Source of the DNA: an uncultured delta proteobacterium
GTDB taxonomy: Bacteria > Myxococcota_A > Polyangia > Fen-1088
NCBI GenBank assembly: GCA_963737265.1
Contig: CAVTRY010000015.1
Span: 96,001-160,000, forward strand
Direction of reading: 5' to 3'
DNA: 64,000 nucleotides
Both the position numbers and the translations under genes were made by a program. This document shows positions 29,403 through 40,064 of this stretch, piece by piece. Within the stretch, counting starts at the first letter, position 1. Each line of letters starts with the position of its first letter. Below the pieces are notes generated by a model. It saw only the letters and a program-made list of their open reading frames with translations, was not told the DNA's origin and ran no database searches.

Positions 29403-32400
29403 TCAGGCGCCTTCGACGAGCGACCAGTATTCTTCCGAAAGCATGAACGCGACCAATTCGCACAGGGCGGGGGACGCGCGCAATTGTTCCTGCCGGCGTG
29501 CCAGCGTCGCTTCCTCGCCGGAGACTGGGCTATCCACCTTGAGCAGTCCCGCCAGCGCACGCAGGGCCGCAAGCGGCCGGCCGCACGCGAGGAGACCCAC
29601 GCGATCCGCGGTGTAGCGGCATCCGCGAATGTAGTTGTCGAGCTCGGGCGGATTGGCGAGTGCGCGGCTCGCGTTTTCGATGAGCTCGTCCTTGGCCTTG
29701 TCCAAGGGAATCAGCGCCGCAATCTCCGGCTTGCGCAGGCGTTCGGTCCACAGTGCCGTCGCTTGTTCGGCGGACTCCTCGTCGATTTCAAAGGGCGCAC
29801 CGGGCGCCCCTGCCACGCGAAGTACCGCGCGCAGCATGCCGCGCAGGTTGCGCTGGGACATGCGCAGCACCGCGAGCGTTCCGGCGCGCGCCTGTTCGAG
29901 GGCGCGCGCGGTGAAGAAGCGCAGGTCGGCGGCAGGCAAGGCCTCCGCCTGGCGCCCAATGCGTATGCACAGGGGTTGGGTCGCGGCGAAGGTCACGTCT
30001 GCGCCCTCGCCGTGGGCGACAAAGGGGATCGGCGGCACGGCCAACTTGGCTCGCAGATTCTCGCACAGGGCGATGGTTTCGGGCCGAAGCTCGGCGCCTG
30101 GCGCCGGTGCTACCGCCGGCTCGCCCACGTTGGCAAACGCAGGCGCGAGATCTTGCAGCACCTTGCGCAAGGGGCCGTGACAGAGCGGATGCACGGCGAT
30201 TCCTGGCGCGAAAGCCTGCGCACGAGGCGCCGTCTCTTCGCCGAGAGCCGCCAAGCGGCCGTCCGCACCGATGCCCGGATCGATGAAATGCGCCAGGCTG
30301 TACGCGGCCCGGGCCAGCGAGACCTGGCCTCGTCGGTCGAGGATGCGCGCTAGCACCATGGCCTGTCCGGCGTCGCCGGGATCGTTCAGCACCCCGCGCA
30401 GGGCAGCCCCGCGCAGCTCCAGCTCGAAGTCGGGAGGCGCGGACGCCAGGACGCACTTCATGGCGGCGTCGAGCGAGTGCAGCGCACCGCGATCGACTCT
30501 CGCGATGAGCTCGCCCAAACGAATCGCCGCGAGGTCCGGGCGCAGCGGGAATCCCAGGAGCGGCGATTCCAGGGCCGTCTTGGCCAGCGCCTCGTCGTTG
30601 CGCGCGAGCAGCGCGGCCATCGCCACCAGCAACCCCATGTCCTCCTGATCGACCTTGGGTACCGGCGCCGCGTGCACGAGATCCGCCCCGACGTCGGCCA
30701 GATTTGCCAGCTCGGCTTTGGCCCAGTGATAGGACACGAGACGCGCCAGCGTGGGGGCAGAGCTCGGATCGAGGTCGGACGCGCGCAAGTAAGCATCGTG
30801 CGCGCCTTCGGTATCGGCAAGTGTTGCGCGCAGAATCTCGCCCTTGCGAAAGAGTGCCTCCGCCTTCCTGGCAGGGTCGCCGAGAATGCGCGACAAGCGC
30901 TCGCACGTCGCCGCGGCTTCCTTGTGCAAGCCGAGGCGTTGATAGGTCGTGATGGTCAGTTCCAGGGTCGATGCCCGATCGGGATCGCTGGCCAGCGCAA
31001 GCTCCAGATTTTGCCGCGCGGCCGGCAGGTCGCCGAGCCCGAGATACACTTGCCCCAAGCGCTGGCGGGCGAGGGTGAGCCCCTCGACCGACTCCTTGGG
31101 TAGATGACGCATGGCTTCTTGCAGGTGGAGCGCTGCCTCGGCGAAATCGCCGCGCGCAAGCGCGAATCCCGCCAATGCCTCGCGCGCACCCTCGTTGTGC
31201 GGATCCAAGGCCACGGCTTCCCGATACGCGGCTTCCGCCTCGCTGTGATCCCCGAACATCTCGGCCAGCTCCGCCCGACGGGAGGCGAGTGTCTCGGCCG
31301 AGACGACGGCGGCGGCGCCCGGCACCGCTGCCAATCGGTTGTAGGTCGTGCGTGCCTTGTCCCATTCCTGCGAGCGGTAGGCCAATTCCCCCACCAACGC
31401 GAGCGCGCCCGCCGAATCTGGATTTAGGCCAAGAGCTTCCTCCAACTCGGCCTCGGCCTCGGCGATTTCCCCGCGCGCGACCAGCAAGCGCACATGCGCC
31501 ACGAGCCACGCCACACGCGAATCCGGCGAGCGGTCGAGCGCCGCGGCCGCGACCAACCTTTGCTCCGCGTTGTGCAGATCGCCCGCGCTTTCCGCCGCTT
31601 CCGCAAGCGCCACCTGCAAGCGTGCGCGGTAGAGATCGGGCAGGGTCGGCGCCTTGGCGAGCAAGTCCCGCCACGCGCGATTGCGTGCCGCCAGGTCATC
31701 GAGGCGACCGTAGGCGTCGAAGAGGGCCTTGGCCACGAGCAGGTTGTCGGGCACTTCGGCGCGTAGTTTTTCCAGAGCCGAGATGGCGACCTCCGTCGCC
31801 GTTTCGGTCTGCGATGCTAGATCTACCAGCCGGCGGGTTAGGCCGGACTGGTCTTCGTCCGCAGCGCGCAGGCGCTGGTGGCCCAAGCACGCGAGGGCGT
31901 CGGCCACATCCCCGGCTCTCTCGGCCAGATCCGCGCGCAGCGTGAGGACGTCTTCGTCGAGCTTGTCGCCGGCGATGGCTTGCAGCAACGACAGGGCCGG
32001 TCGCAGCCCTTGCGGCTGTGCCAGGCAAAGACGCGACCGTGCCAGCAACAGCGCGGAAATTCCCTGTTCGGGTGTGACGGCAAGGCGCTCGGCGAAAACC
32101 TTGCTTGCTTCGTCGAAGGCGTTGCGTTCGACCAGCAGCGCGTGGAGCGCATCGAGAACCGCCGGCGCGGTCGGTGCCAGCGGCGCGATCTCGGCGAGGC
32201 GGCGCAGAATCGATTCCGCGCCCGACTTGCCGGCGGGGTCGCGCGCCAGCAGCGTCGCAAGATCGCTGCCCACCGCCACGCGATCGATGGGCCTTGCCGA
32301 CGGATCCTGGCTTTCCACCGCCGCCCACAGCTTGCCGAGCCAGTGGCGAAGATCGTCCGGGCGCGACTGGCGCTTGCACAGCGACGCTAGACAATCGATG

Positions 32401-34832
32401 ATCTCGATGTCATGGGGACGCTCGGCGTGCAACGCCCGATAGCGCGCTTCGGCGAGGGCGAGATCGCCCTGGCGCTCCGCGGCCTGAGCCAAGAAACGCT
32501 TGATTCGCTGCCGATCTTCGCCCTCGGGCAACGCCGATTCCCTGCCGGCTAGCAGCGTGAGCAGGCGCTCCTCGTGGCCGAGCTCGCGCAAGGCTTCGAT
32601 CAGCACCACCACCCGCGCGCCCTCGGGTTCGGATTGCAGACCCTTTTCCAAGTGCTGGCGAGCCGTGCCGCTATTGTCATCGACGCCATCGGCGACCGAC
32701 AGCTGCGCCAGTCGGAGATGGGCTTCGGCCACCTTGGGCCACGCCAAGACCGATGTGTCGGCGATTCTTCGGTAACTCGTGGCGGCGCTCTTGCGGTCGC
32801 CCGCATCCCAGGTCAGGCGCGCGGAATAGAAGATGGCTTCGTCGTCGTCGGGAGAGAGCTCGAGCAGAACCCGAAACGCCTCCTTGGCCTCGGCCGGCTG
32901 GTTGGTCCTTTCGACCAGCAGGCGACCGAGGGCGCGCAAGACCCCCTTACCATCGTCCGGACGGAGCATGCTCAAGTGTTGCCGTAGCATGGCGGTGACC
33001 GGCGTCCAGTCGCCAGTCGTGTGGCCCAGATTTTCGAGCGCCGACAGCACGGCCGGCAGCGTAGTCTGATCGGCGCGCGACAGCTCGAGCGCTCGATCGA
33101 GCAGGGCGGCCGCGCCGTCCGCCGAGCGCAAATCGCGTAAGGTCATCGCCGCGGCGTCGAGCAGGTGCCTGACCCTTTCGGTCGCCCCCTCGGGGTTGCG
33201 CGTGTCGCCGGCCCATCCCGCCAGTGCCTGGGCCACGCCCGCGCGATCCTGCCGGCGTGACAGCAAGTCCACCAACGCTCGCCAAGCCGCACCAACGATG
33301 GCCCCGGGTGCATCTCCTTCGATGCTGGTCGCGAACCAGTGCGACGCCGCCTGGTCATCACCCAAGCTCAGGCGCACGAGCCCCAGATGGTAGGCGGCCT
33401 CGCCACGCGATAAGGATGCGTCCGGCCACTCTGCACGCAAAAGAATCGACTCAAGAGCGTCCGCTGCCTGGGCGACCAGCGCCGTGTCCTTGCAAAGCTC
33501 ACCCTGGCGGGCGAGCTCCATCGCCTGCGCCACTTCGTCGCGCACGTCGGGCTCGGAGGTGCGCGACTCCTCACCGATCGCACGTGCGAGCTCGCCCCAA
33601 CGCCCTTCCGTCGCCTTTTTCATGATTTTGGCGCGTGCCAACGGACGCAGCGCTGGGCGATAGAGGAGCGAGTGTTCGAGGGTGGCAAGGGCTTGCTCGG
33701 GTTGGCCGGCGCCGGCCCACTGACGAGCAGCCGCCAGGAGCGCGCAGCTTTCATCCTCGCCCCGTCCTTTTGCGGCGGAGAGCTGCGCGACCCTCTCAAA
33801 CAGCTCGGCCGCCTCGTCGGCCTGACCCCGCTCGGCCGCCACGACGGCGAGTGCGAGCAAGCCGGGAACGAAGTCGGACCAGCGCGTGAGCGCGGCCTGG
33901 GCCAGCTCACCCGCCTCGGTCAACGTGGCTGAGCCGCCGAGAAGAAGTTGAAGCAAGCGCGTAGTGGCGACGCGATCGTCGCTGTTGAGCGGAGCAAAGG
34001 CGCGCAACTGCGCCACAGCCGAGGCGACATCGCCTCTGGCGAGCGCGCCTTCCATGGGGGCACAGCGGATGGTGAATTCACGAAACTCGTACGTCTCGGG
34101 ATTGTCATCCAAGAGCGGATCCGCTGGCGTGGGTGCATCCGCGAGCGAAAATACGAGAGGCACGCGCGTAGCGTGGGCGGCCCCGCCCGCCACACGAACT
34201 TGCACCTGGCCACGCTCGGGCAACCGCCAGCCGTGCATCGGCAGGATGGCCAGCATCACCAGATCGCACACCTCCAGGCGGACGTCCGCCGCACCGCGAA
34301 TGTGCAGCAGGGGCGGCAGGGCGTCGGGCGCACGGTCGAGACGGGCGGGCGATTCGGCGCCGAGAGCGGAGAAAAGCGCCATCACCACCAGCGGCGCGGG
34401 CAGCGGCAGAAAACCATACGCGCACACATCGTACACACAGAGCGAGGCGCCGCGCGGGGGAAGGGCGGTAAGCGCGGCCAGCGCCGTCATCTCCACCTCG
34501 CGGCCGCCAAGCACCACGCGGGCGCAAAGGGTAAGGCGCGTTCCCTCGATGGTCACGCGCGGATCGAAGATGCCAAAATCTCCGAGCGGCGCGCGTGCCA
34601 GGAATCCCGTCATTTCCGCCGCGCCGATAGAGAGCGACAGCTCGCGCAGACGTAGGCGCCGGTTCTTGAAGCGCGCCACCCCGCCCGACATGTCGAAGGG
34701 AAAGTGCAGATTCGGGATCTCGAGCTCCAGCCGATCGACCCGGCCCAGGTTTTCGAAGTCCCGGCCCGCGAGGCTCAGCAGTCCTCTCCCTTGTACGAAC
34801 GTCAGACGAAACGCGCCTTCAGTCTCGGCCAT
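29403..34832 (-). CDS. Giant TPR-repeat protein (1809 aa), myxobacterial type
   Basis: Long Ala/Leu/Glu-rich helical repeats; C-terminal ADRVGLLACG...LVAFMLSEEY motif seen in myxobacterial TPR proteins. Confidence 0.8.
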   Translation of the reverse strand: MAETEGAFRLTFVQGRGLLSLAGRDFENLGRVDRLELEIPNLHFPFDMSGGVARFKNRRLRLRELSLSIGAAEMTGFLARAPLGDFGIFDPRVTIEGTRLTLCARVVLGGREVEMTALAALTALPPRGASLCVYDVCAYGFLPLPAPLVVMALFSALGAESPARLDRAPDALPPLLHIRGAADVRLEVCDLVMLAILPMHGWRLPERGQVQVRVAGGAAHATRVPLVFSLADAPTPADPLLDDNPETYEFREFTIRCAPMEGALARGDVASAVAQLRAFAPLNSDDRVATTRLLQLLLGGSATLTEAGELAQAALTRWSDFVPGLLALAVVAAERGQADEAAELFERVAQLSAAKGRGEDESCALLAAARQWAGAGQPEQALATLEHSLLYRPALRPLARAKIMKKATEGRWGELARAIGEESRTSEPDVRDEVAQAMELARQGELCKDTALVAQAADALESILLRAEWPDASLSRGEAAYHLGLVRLSLGDDQAASHWFATSIEGDAPGAIVGAAWRALVDLLSRRQDRAGVAQALAGWAGDTRNPEGATERVRHLLDAAAMTLRDLRSADGAAALLDRALELSRADQTTLPAVLSALENLGHTTGDWTPVTAMLRQHLSMLRPDDGKGVLRALGRLLVERTNQPAEAKEAFRVLLELSPDDDEAIFYSARLTWDAGDRKSAATSYRRIADTSVLAWPKVAEAHLRLAQLSVADGVDDNSGTARQHLEKGLQSEPEGARVVVLIEALRELGHEERLLTLLAGRESALPEGEDRQRIKRFLAQAAERQGDLALAEARYRALHAERPHDIEIIDCLASLCKRQSRPDDLRHWLGKLWAAVESQDPSARPIDRVAVGSDLATLLARDPAGKSGAESILRRLAEIAPLAPTAPAVLDALHALLVERNAFDEASKVFAERLAVTPEQGISALLLARSRLCLAQPQGLRPALSLLQAIAGDKLDEDVLTLRADLAERAGDVADALACLGHQRLRAADEDQSGLTRRLVDLASQTETATEVAISALEKLRAEVPDNLLVAKALFDAYGRLDDLAARNRAWRDLLAKAPTLPDLYRARLQVALAEAAESAGDLHNAEQRLVAAAALDRSPDSRVAWLVAHVRLLVARGEIAEAEAELEEALGLNPDSAGALALVGELAYRSQEWDKARTTYNRLAAVPGAAAVVSAETLASRRAELAEMFGDHSEAEAAYREAVALDPHNEGAREALAGFALARGDFAEAALHLQEAMRHLPKESVEGLTLARQRLGQVYLGLGDLPAARQNLELALASDPDRASTLELTITTYQRLGLHKEAAATCERLSRILGDPARKAEALFRKGEILRATLADTEGAHDAYLRASDLDPSSAPTLARLVSYHWAKAELANLADVGADLVHAAPVPKVDQEDMGLLVAMAALLARNDEALAKTALESPLLGFPLRPDLAAIRLGELIARVDRGALHSLDAAMKCVLASAPPDFELELRGAALRGVLNDPGDAGQAMVLARILDRRGQVSLARAAYSLAHFIDPGIGADGRLAALGEETAPRAQAFAPGIAVHPLCHGPLRKVLQDLAPAFANVGEPAVAPAPGAELRPETIALCENLRAKLAVPPIPFVAHGEGADVTFAATQPLCIRIGRQAEALPAADLRFFTARALEQARAGTLAVLRMSQRNLRGMLRAVLRVAGAPGAPFEIDEESAEQATALWTERLRKPEIAALIPLDKAKDELIENASRALANPPELDNYIRGCRYTADRVGLLACGRPLAALRALAGLLKVDSPVSGEEATLARRQEQLRASPALCELVAFMLSEEYWSLVEGA

Positions 34833-34835
34833 GGT

Positions 34836-35501
34836 CTATCTCGGCTGATTGTAAAACGTCCGCGCTCGGCGACCAGCGAAGTATGCCAGCAGGATCAAAC
34901 TGAAGACCGCGCCGAGAGCGCTGATCATGAGGGGAACATCGAGAAGGAACAAGCGCGCCTGTTCGGCCACGGACTCCAGCGGAAGCACGGCACGTCCGGC
35001 GCGCGCGGCATCTTGCACGAGCTCTTGGGACAAGCCGGGCAAGATCCACGGTAGGCTCGGGCGCACCACCAGGACCAAGAACAAGGCGTTGCCTGCGCTC
35101 ACAGCGATGCCGACCCAGCCCGCCAGAAGGGAAGCTCGACGTCCGCGCGGATCGCGAGAAGACACGGCGGCGACCGCAAACAGGTACACCAGCCCAAGCC
35201 CGAGTCTAGCCAGCGAATGAGCTAGAAGGGGCGCAGGCCGATACCGGGAAAGCGCGTTGGCAAGCACCACCTGGCCGCGCAGCAGGGCTTCTTGCTGAGC
35301 GTCCAGGCCTCCGTCGAGACTCAGCACCTCCGGCTGCCCCGTGACCAGCCTGCGCAGGTCGGTCACGCTGCTGAAGAACATGCGCCCGCCAGCGAGCAAC
35401 ATCAGCAGGGTGAGAAAGGTCATCCAGCGCGGTCGGCGCGGCCTGCCCTCGGCAAACAATCGACGATCCGGCCCTTTCCGCCCGTCACGGCCGCCGGTCA
35501 T
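34836..35501 (-). CDS. Hypothetical membrane protein (~4 TM)
   Basis: Four hydrophobic segments; 3 bp upstream of the TPR gene. Confidence 0.65.
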   Translation of the reverse strand: MTGGRDGRKGPDRRLFAEGRPRRPRWMTFLTLLMLLAGGRMFFSSVTDLRRLVTGQPEVLSLDGGLDAQQEALLRGQVVLANALSRYRPAPLLAHSLARLGLGLVYLFAVAAVSSRDPRGRRASLLAGWVGIAVSAGNALFLVLVVRPSLPWILPGLSQELVQDAARAGRAVLPLESVAEQARLFLLDVPLMISALGAVFSLILLAYFAGRRARTFYNQPR

Positions 35502-35560
35502 GATGGACTAACCGCGTGGGACGCCCGCCGGCCCTCGGACCACCGCACGCCCTGCCCATC

Positions 35561-37210
35561 TTAGAACAGCGGCGGCGAGCAGGGTTCGTACGAAATCACA
35601 CCCTCGGGTCCACCCTCGTAGCGGAGCAGGTCCGGGTTGACTGCGATTTGCTTGGCATCGCGCGCCTCGCGGCACCGGCGCAACGCCCACTCCATGACGA
35701 CGGCGCCGCCTTTGCGGCGTGCGGCCTCTTCCACAAAGCCGACCCGGTTCTTCTCGAACTCGGCCAGGTCGGGTTGCTTGCGTTCCTTGAGCTTGACCAC
35801 GATGAAACTTCCCAGCTCTTCCACGGGCCCAGCGACGGGCGCGTCGGTCGTCAGCGCGAAGATGGCCTTGGCCAGCGTCGGCGCCTGACCGATCGTCGCC
35901 ACGGTGGAACCGCGACGCGAGAACAGGCCAGTCGTCTCGGCCTGAACCGTCTTGGCCTTGGCGGCAGCGTCGTCGCTTTCGGCGGGCGCGGGGAACAGCT
36001 CTTTGAGCTCCTTGTCCGGTGCCGCCTTGATCTTGGCCAATGCTGCCTCGGCGTCCGCCTTGGCGCGCGCCTTGCTTTTTTCCTCGCGCAGCTTGCTTTC
36101 CGCCAGCTCCAACTTGGCGTCGTCGAAGGCAATATTCCCTTCGCGACTCGCCTCGGCCACCACCAGGAAATAGCCGCTGGCGGTCTTGATCGGGCCCACC
36201 AACTCGCCGTCTTTGGCCACGGCGACCTTGGCGTCCAGCGCTGGATCGAGGGTGGTCCCTCCCACCCGCTGCCATCCTAGATCTCCACCGCGCGGCTTGG
36301 TGCGATCGTCGTCGGAAGCAGCCTTGGCCACCTTGGCGAACGGCTCACCCTTGCGAATGCGCGCGGCCAGATCGTCCGCCTTCTTCTTGGCCGCGGTCTC
36401 GTCCGCGGGCGTGGGTTCGGACTTAACCTTCACGAGAAGCTGGCGAAGGTGGCGCTGTTTCGGCTGCTTCTCGTAAAGCGCCGCCTTGCGCTCGTCGTAC
36501 AGCTTCTTGAGCGAGTCTTGATTGGCAGCCGCGAACTTGGCGATCTCGTCCGGGCGCAGCTCGAACTCGGATTCGTAGCGGTGGGTGGGGAAGCGCAGGT
36601 ATTCCACGTCCACTTGGTCGGCTTGCCTGGTCCAGTCTTCCTTGACCTCGGCGGCCGACACCGCCACTCCAGCGCGAAGTGCGTCGCGCATGCGGTTGGC
36701 CAGCAACTCGCGCCGCTGCTCGTCGATGAAACCCCGCGGGGTCATGCCCATTTGGTACTGCACGAACTTGCGGAAATTCTCGTAGGAGAACTTTCCGTCC
36801 TGCTCGAAGGCGCCGGCCTTCTGTTCACGCCCGAGTCCGATGATCTTGCCCTCGGCGATGAAGTCTTCCACTTCCTCGTCGCTGACGCGGAATCCGGCTC
36901 GTTCGGCCTCGCTGGCCAGGATCTCGCGATCGATCAGCATGTCCATCACGGCCTCATGCACGCGCATCATCTTCGCCCGCTGGGGCGGAAAATTCTGGGC
37001 GCCGACCATCATCAGTCCGTACATGTAATCCTGCCGGGAGAGCAGATGGCCCTTCACCTTCGCACCCTCCACGGTCGACCGGGCCTCGCGACCGCGGTTG
37101 CAGCCACCCGGCGACTGCGGGCCGAAGTTGATGATGAAGACCGCGATTACGATGCCGAACAGCACGTAGATGAGGAGCGACCGTGACTGTTGACGCATCT
37201 GCTCGAGCAT
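35561..37210 (-). CDS. PpiD/SurA-like periplasmic foldase (parvulin PPIase)
   Basis: N-terminal TM LFGIVIAVFIINFG, SurA-N domain, FAKVAKAASDD...GGDLGW, GPIKTASGY. Confidence 0.88.
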   Translation of the reverse strand: MLEQMRQQSRSLLIYVLFGIVIAVFIINFGPQSPGGCNRGREARSTVEGAKVKGHLLSRQDYMYGLMMVGAQNFPPQRAKMMRVHEAVMDMLIDREILASEAERAGFRVSDEEVEDFIAEGKIIGLGREQKAGAFEQDGKFSYENFRKFVQYQMGMTPRGFIDEQRRELLANRMRDALRAGVAVSAAEVKEDWTRQADQVDVEYLRFPTHRYESEFELRPDEIAKFAAANQDSLKKLYDERKAALYEKQPKQRHLRQLLVKVKSEPTPADETAAKKKADDLAARIRKGEPFAKVAKAASDDDRTKPRGGDLGWQRVGGTTLDPALDAKVAVAKDGELVGPIKTASGYFLVVAEASREGNIAFDDAKLELAESKLREEKSKARAKADAEAALAKIKAAPDKELKELFPAPAESDDAAAKAKTVQAETTGLFSRRGSTVATIGQAPTLAKAIFALTTDAPVAGPVEELGSFIVVKLKERKQPDLAEFEKNRVGFVEEAARRKGGAVVMEWALRRCREARDAKQIAVNPDLLRYEGGPEGVISYEPCSPPLF

Positions 37211-37488
37211 GGAACTAAACCCTCCGTTGGCGTTTCTCGATAAAAGGTGCGGCAATCTATCACGGACCCGGGAAGAAGCGGAGGGCGGAAAGCCTGAACC
37301 CGCGATAGCCGCAGAGGGTCGTGGCCGCAGACGCGGCCGTGGTCGTGGCCGGAGAGATCAGTCGTCCACGTCCACGTCCACGCAGACACAGCGATTCTTC
37401 ACCCTTGCCATCATTATTAGATTCTCGGACCACATCGGGCGTAGCGGTTCACCCGCGGGTGTGATATCAAGGGCTGCTTGCCTCGTAA

Positions 37489-38556
<1,068 letters not shown>

Positions 38557-38595
38557 CGGTGGCTTGAGCAGGGCGAAAATCGTTCGTCTCGAAGG

Positions 38596-39498
38596 ATGTT
38601 TCCCACCGGCCACAGGCAGAAGGTCCGCGAAGTCGTGATCGTCACGACGGCCTTCGTGTTGTCGCTGTTCTTGCTCCGGCAAAGCGCTCGTTCGCCGGAG
38701 TATTTGTCGCCGCTCGACCGCGGAATTCTCACCCTGGTCTCGCCCATCCAATCGGCCTTCGCCACCCTGGCACGCAGCATCGGCCACGCCGCTGGTCGCT
38801 ACGTCGACTTGGTGCACGTACGCGCCGAAAACGAAGCCCTGCGCGACACCAACGGCCGCCTGCGGGCCGAGCTGCTCGAGGCCAAACGTGGCGCGGCCGA
38901 GAGCGTCCGTTTCCAGCGCCTGCTGGGTCTGCGCAACGCCGTTGCCGCCGACACCCTGGTTGCGCGCGTGATCTCCATCGACGTCTCGCCCTATTTTCGC
39001 GTGGCCCGCATCCAGCTGGACCGTGGCGAAGGCCTGGTTCAGCGCGGGATGCCGGTGATTACGCCCGAGGGTGTCGTGGGTCGCATCAACCGCAGCTCAG
39101 GCGAGACCTCGGACATCATGCTGTCTGTCGATCCACGCTCCGCCATCGACGTCGTTCTTCCGCGTACCGGCGGTCGCGGCATCCTCAAGGGCAAGCCGGG
39201 CGAAAACGGATATCGCTGCGCCATCGAATACCTCATGCAAGGCGAACAGGCCAAGGAAGGCGATCTCGTCGTCACGAGCGGGCTCGGCGGTTTTCCGCGC
39301 GACCTGCCAGTCGGCAAGATTAGCAAGATCGTCAAGAACTCCGCTGGGCTCAACCAGGAGATCGAAATCACGCCCGACGTGGACTTCGCGCGCCTGTCCG
39401 AGGTGCTGGTGGTCGTGGCCCCTGCTCCACCTGCCGATCCCGAGGCCGGCCCCAAGAAGCCCCTGGCACCCGCGCACGGACTGGCGGTGTATCGCTAA
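38596..39498 (+). CDS. mreC: Rod shape-determining protein MreC
   Basis: TM + coiled coil (ENEALR), GMPVITPEGVVGRI, GDLVVTSGLGG; operon position. Confidence 0.93.
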   Translation: MFPTGHRQKVREVVIVTTAFVLSLFLLRQSARSPEYLSPLDRGILTLVSPIQSAFATLARSIGHAAGRYVDLVHVRAENEALRDTNGRLRAELLEAKRGAAESVRFQRLLGLRNAVAADTLVARVISIDVSPYFRVARIQLDRGEGLVQRGMPVITPEGVVGRINRSSGETSDIMLSVDPRSAIDVVLPRTGGRGILKGKPGENGYRCAIEYLMQGEQAKEGDLVVTSGLGGFPRDLPVGKISKIVKNSAGLNQEIEITPDVDFARLSEVLVVVAPAPPADPEAGPKKPLAPAHGLAVYR

Positions 39499-40052
39499 TG
39501 CGCTCGGCAGTGACCATCGCCGTCGGCCTTCTCCTTCTGCTCTTGCAGTCGACGGTCATGGAATTCGCCCCCATGCACCTGGTGACGCCGAGCCTCGGGC
39601 TGCTGGTCGTGGTCTACGTCGGCATGGCCCCGCTCAAGTGGTCTCCTGGCTCGGCTGTCGTGGTCGGCTTCGGCATGGGCTATCTCTTCGATCTCGTCTC
39701 CGGCGCGCCTCGTGGCGTGCACGCCTTCGTGTTCGTCACCATCGCGCTCATCGCCCGCGTGCTGGCCTGGCGCTTGGCGGTGCGTGGCATCGTGCTCAAG
39801 GCAGCCACGGCGTTCGTGGCCAGCATGATCACAGCGTTTCTCATTGTCGTGGTGCGCGCCCAGATCAGCCCGGAGAGCGGCTACGGTGGACTTCGCCAGG
39901 CACCGCTCGAAGCGTTGCTGACCGCGGCCTTCGGACCGCCCGTGCTGTGGCTGCTGGCTCGCCTCGATGGGCGTCTCGATCCGGCGCTGTTGCGGGTCGG
40001 CCTCGCTCGCCGCCGCGCCCGCGCCCTCGGCCAGGACAGGCCGCGTCTCTAG
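39498..40052 (+). CDS. mreD: Rod shape-determining protein MreD
   Basis: Hydrophobic, GYLFDL.SG motif; between mreC and mrdA. Confidence 0.85.
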   Translation: MRSAVTIAVGLLLLLLQSTVMEFAPMHLVTPSLGLLVVVYVGMAPLKWSPGSAVVVGFGMGYLFDLVSGAPRGVHAFVFVTIALIARVLAWRLAVRGIVLKAATAFVASMITAFLIVVVRAQISPESGYGGLRQAPLEALLTAAFGPPVLWLLARLDGRLDPALLRVGLARRRARALGQDRPRL

Positions 40053-40064
40053 GCTTTCTCGCCA

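Noticed and set aside
29484-34848. Long antisense and alternate-frame ORFs across the TPR gene and other GC-rich genes
   Set aside because: Shadow ORFs expected from high-GC codon bias; Arg/Ala/Pro-rich with no motifs.
37317-37382. GGTCGTGGCCG and (GTCCAC)n short repeats upstream of mreB
   Set aside because: Short low-complexity GC repeats; no supportable function.
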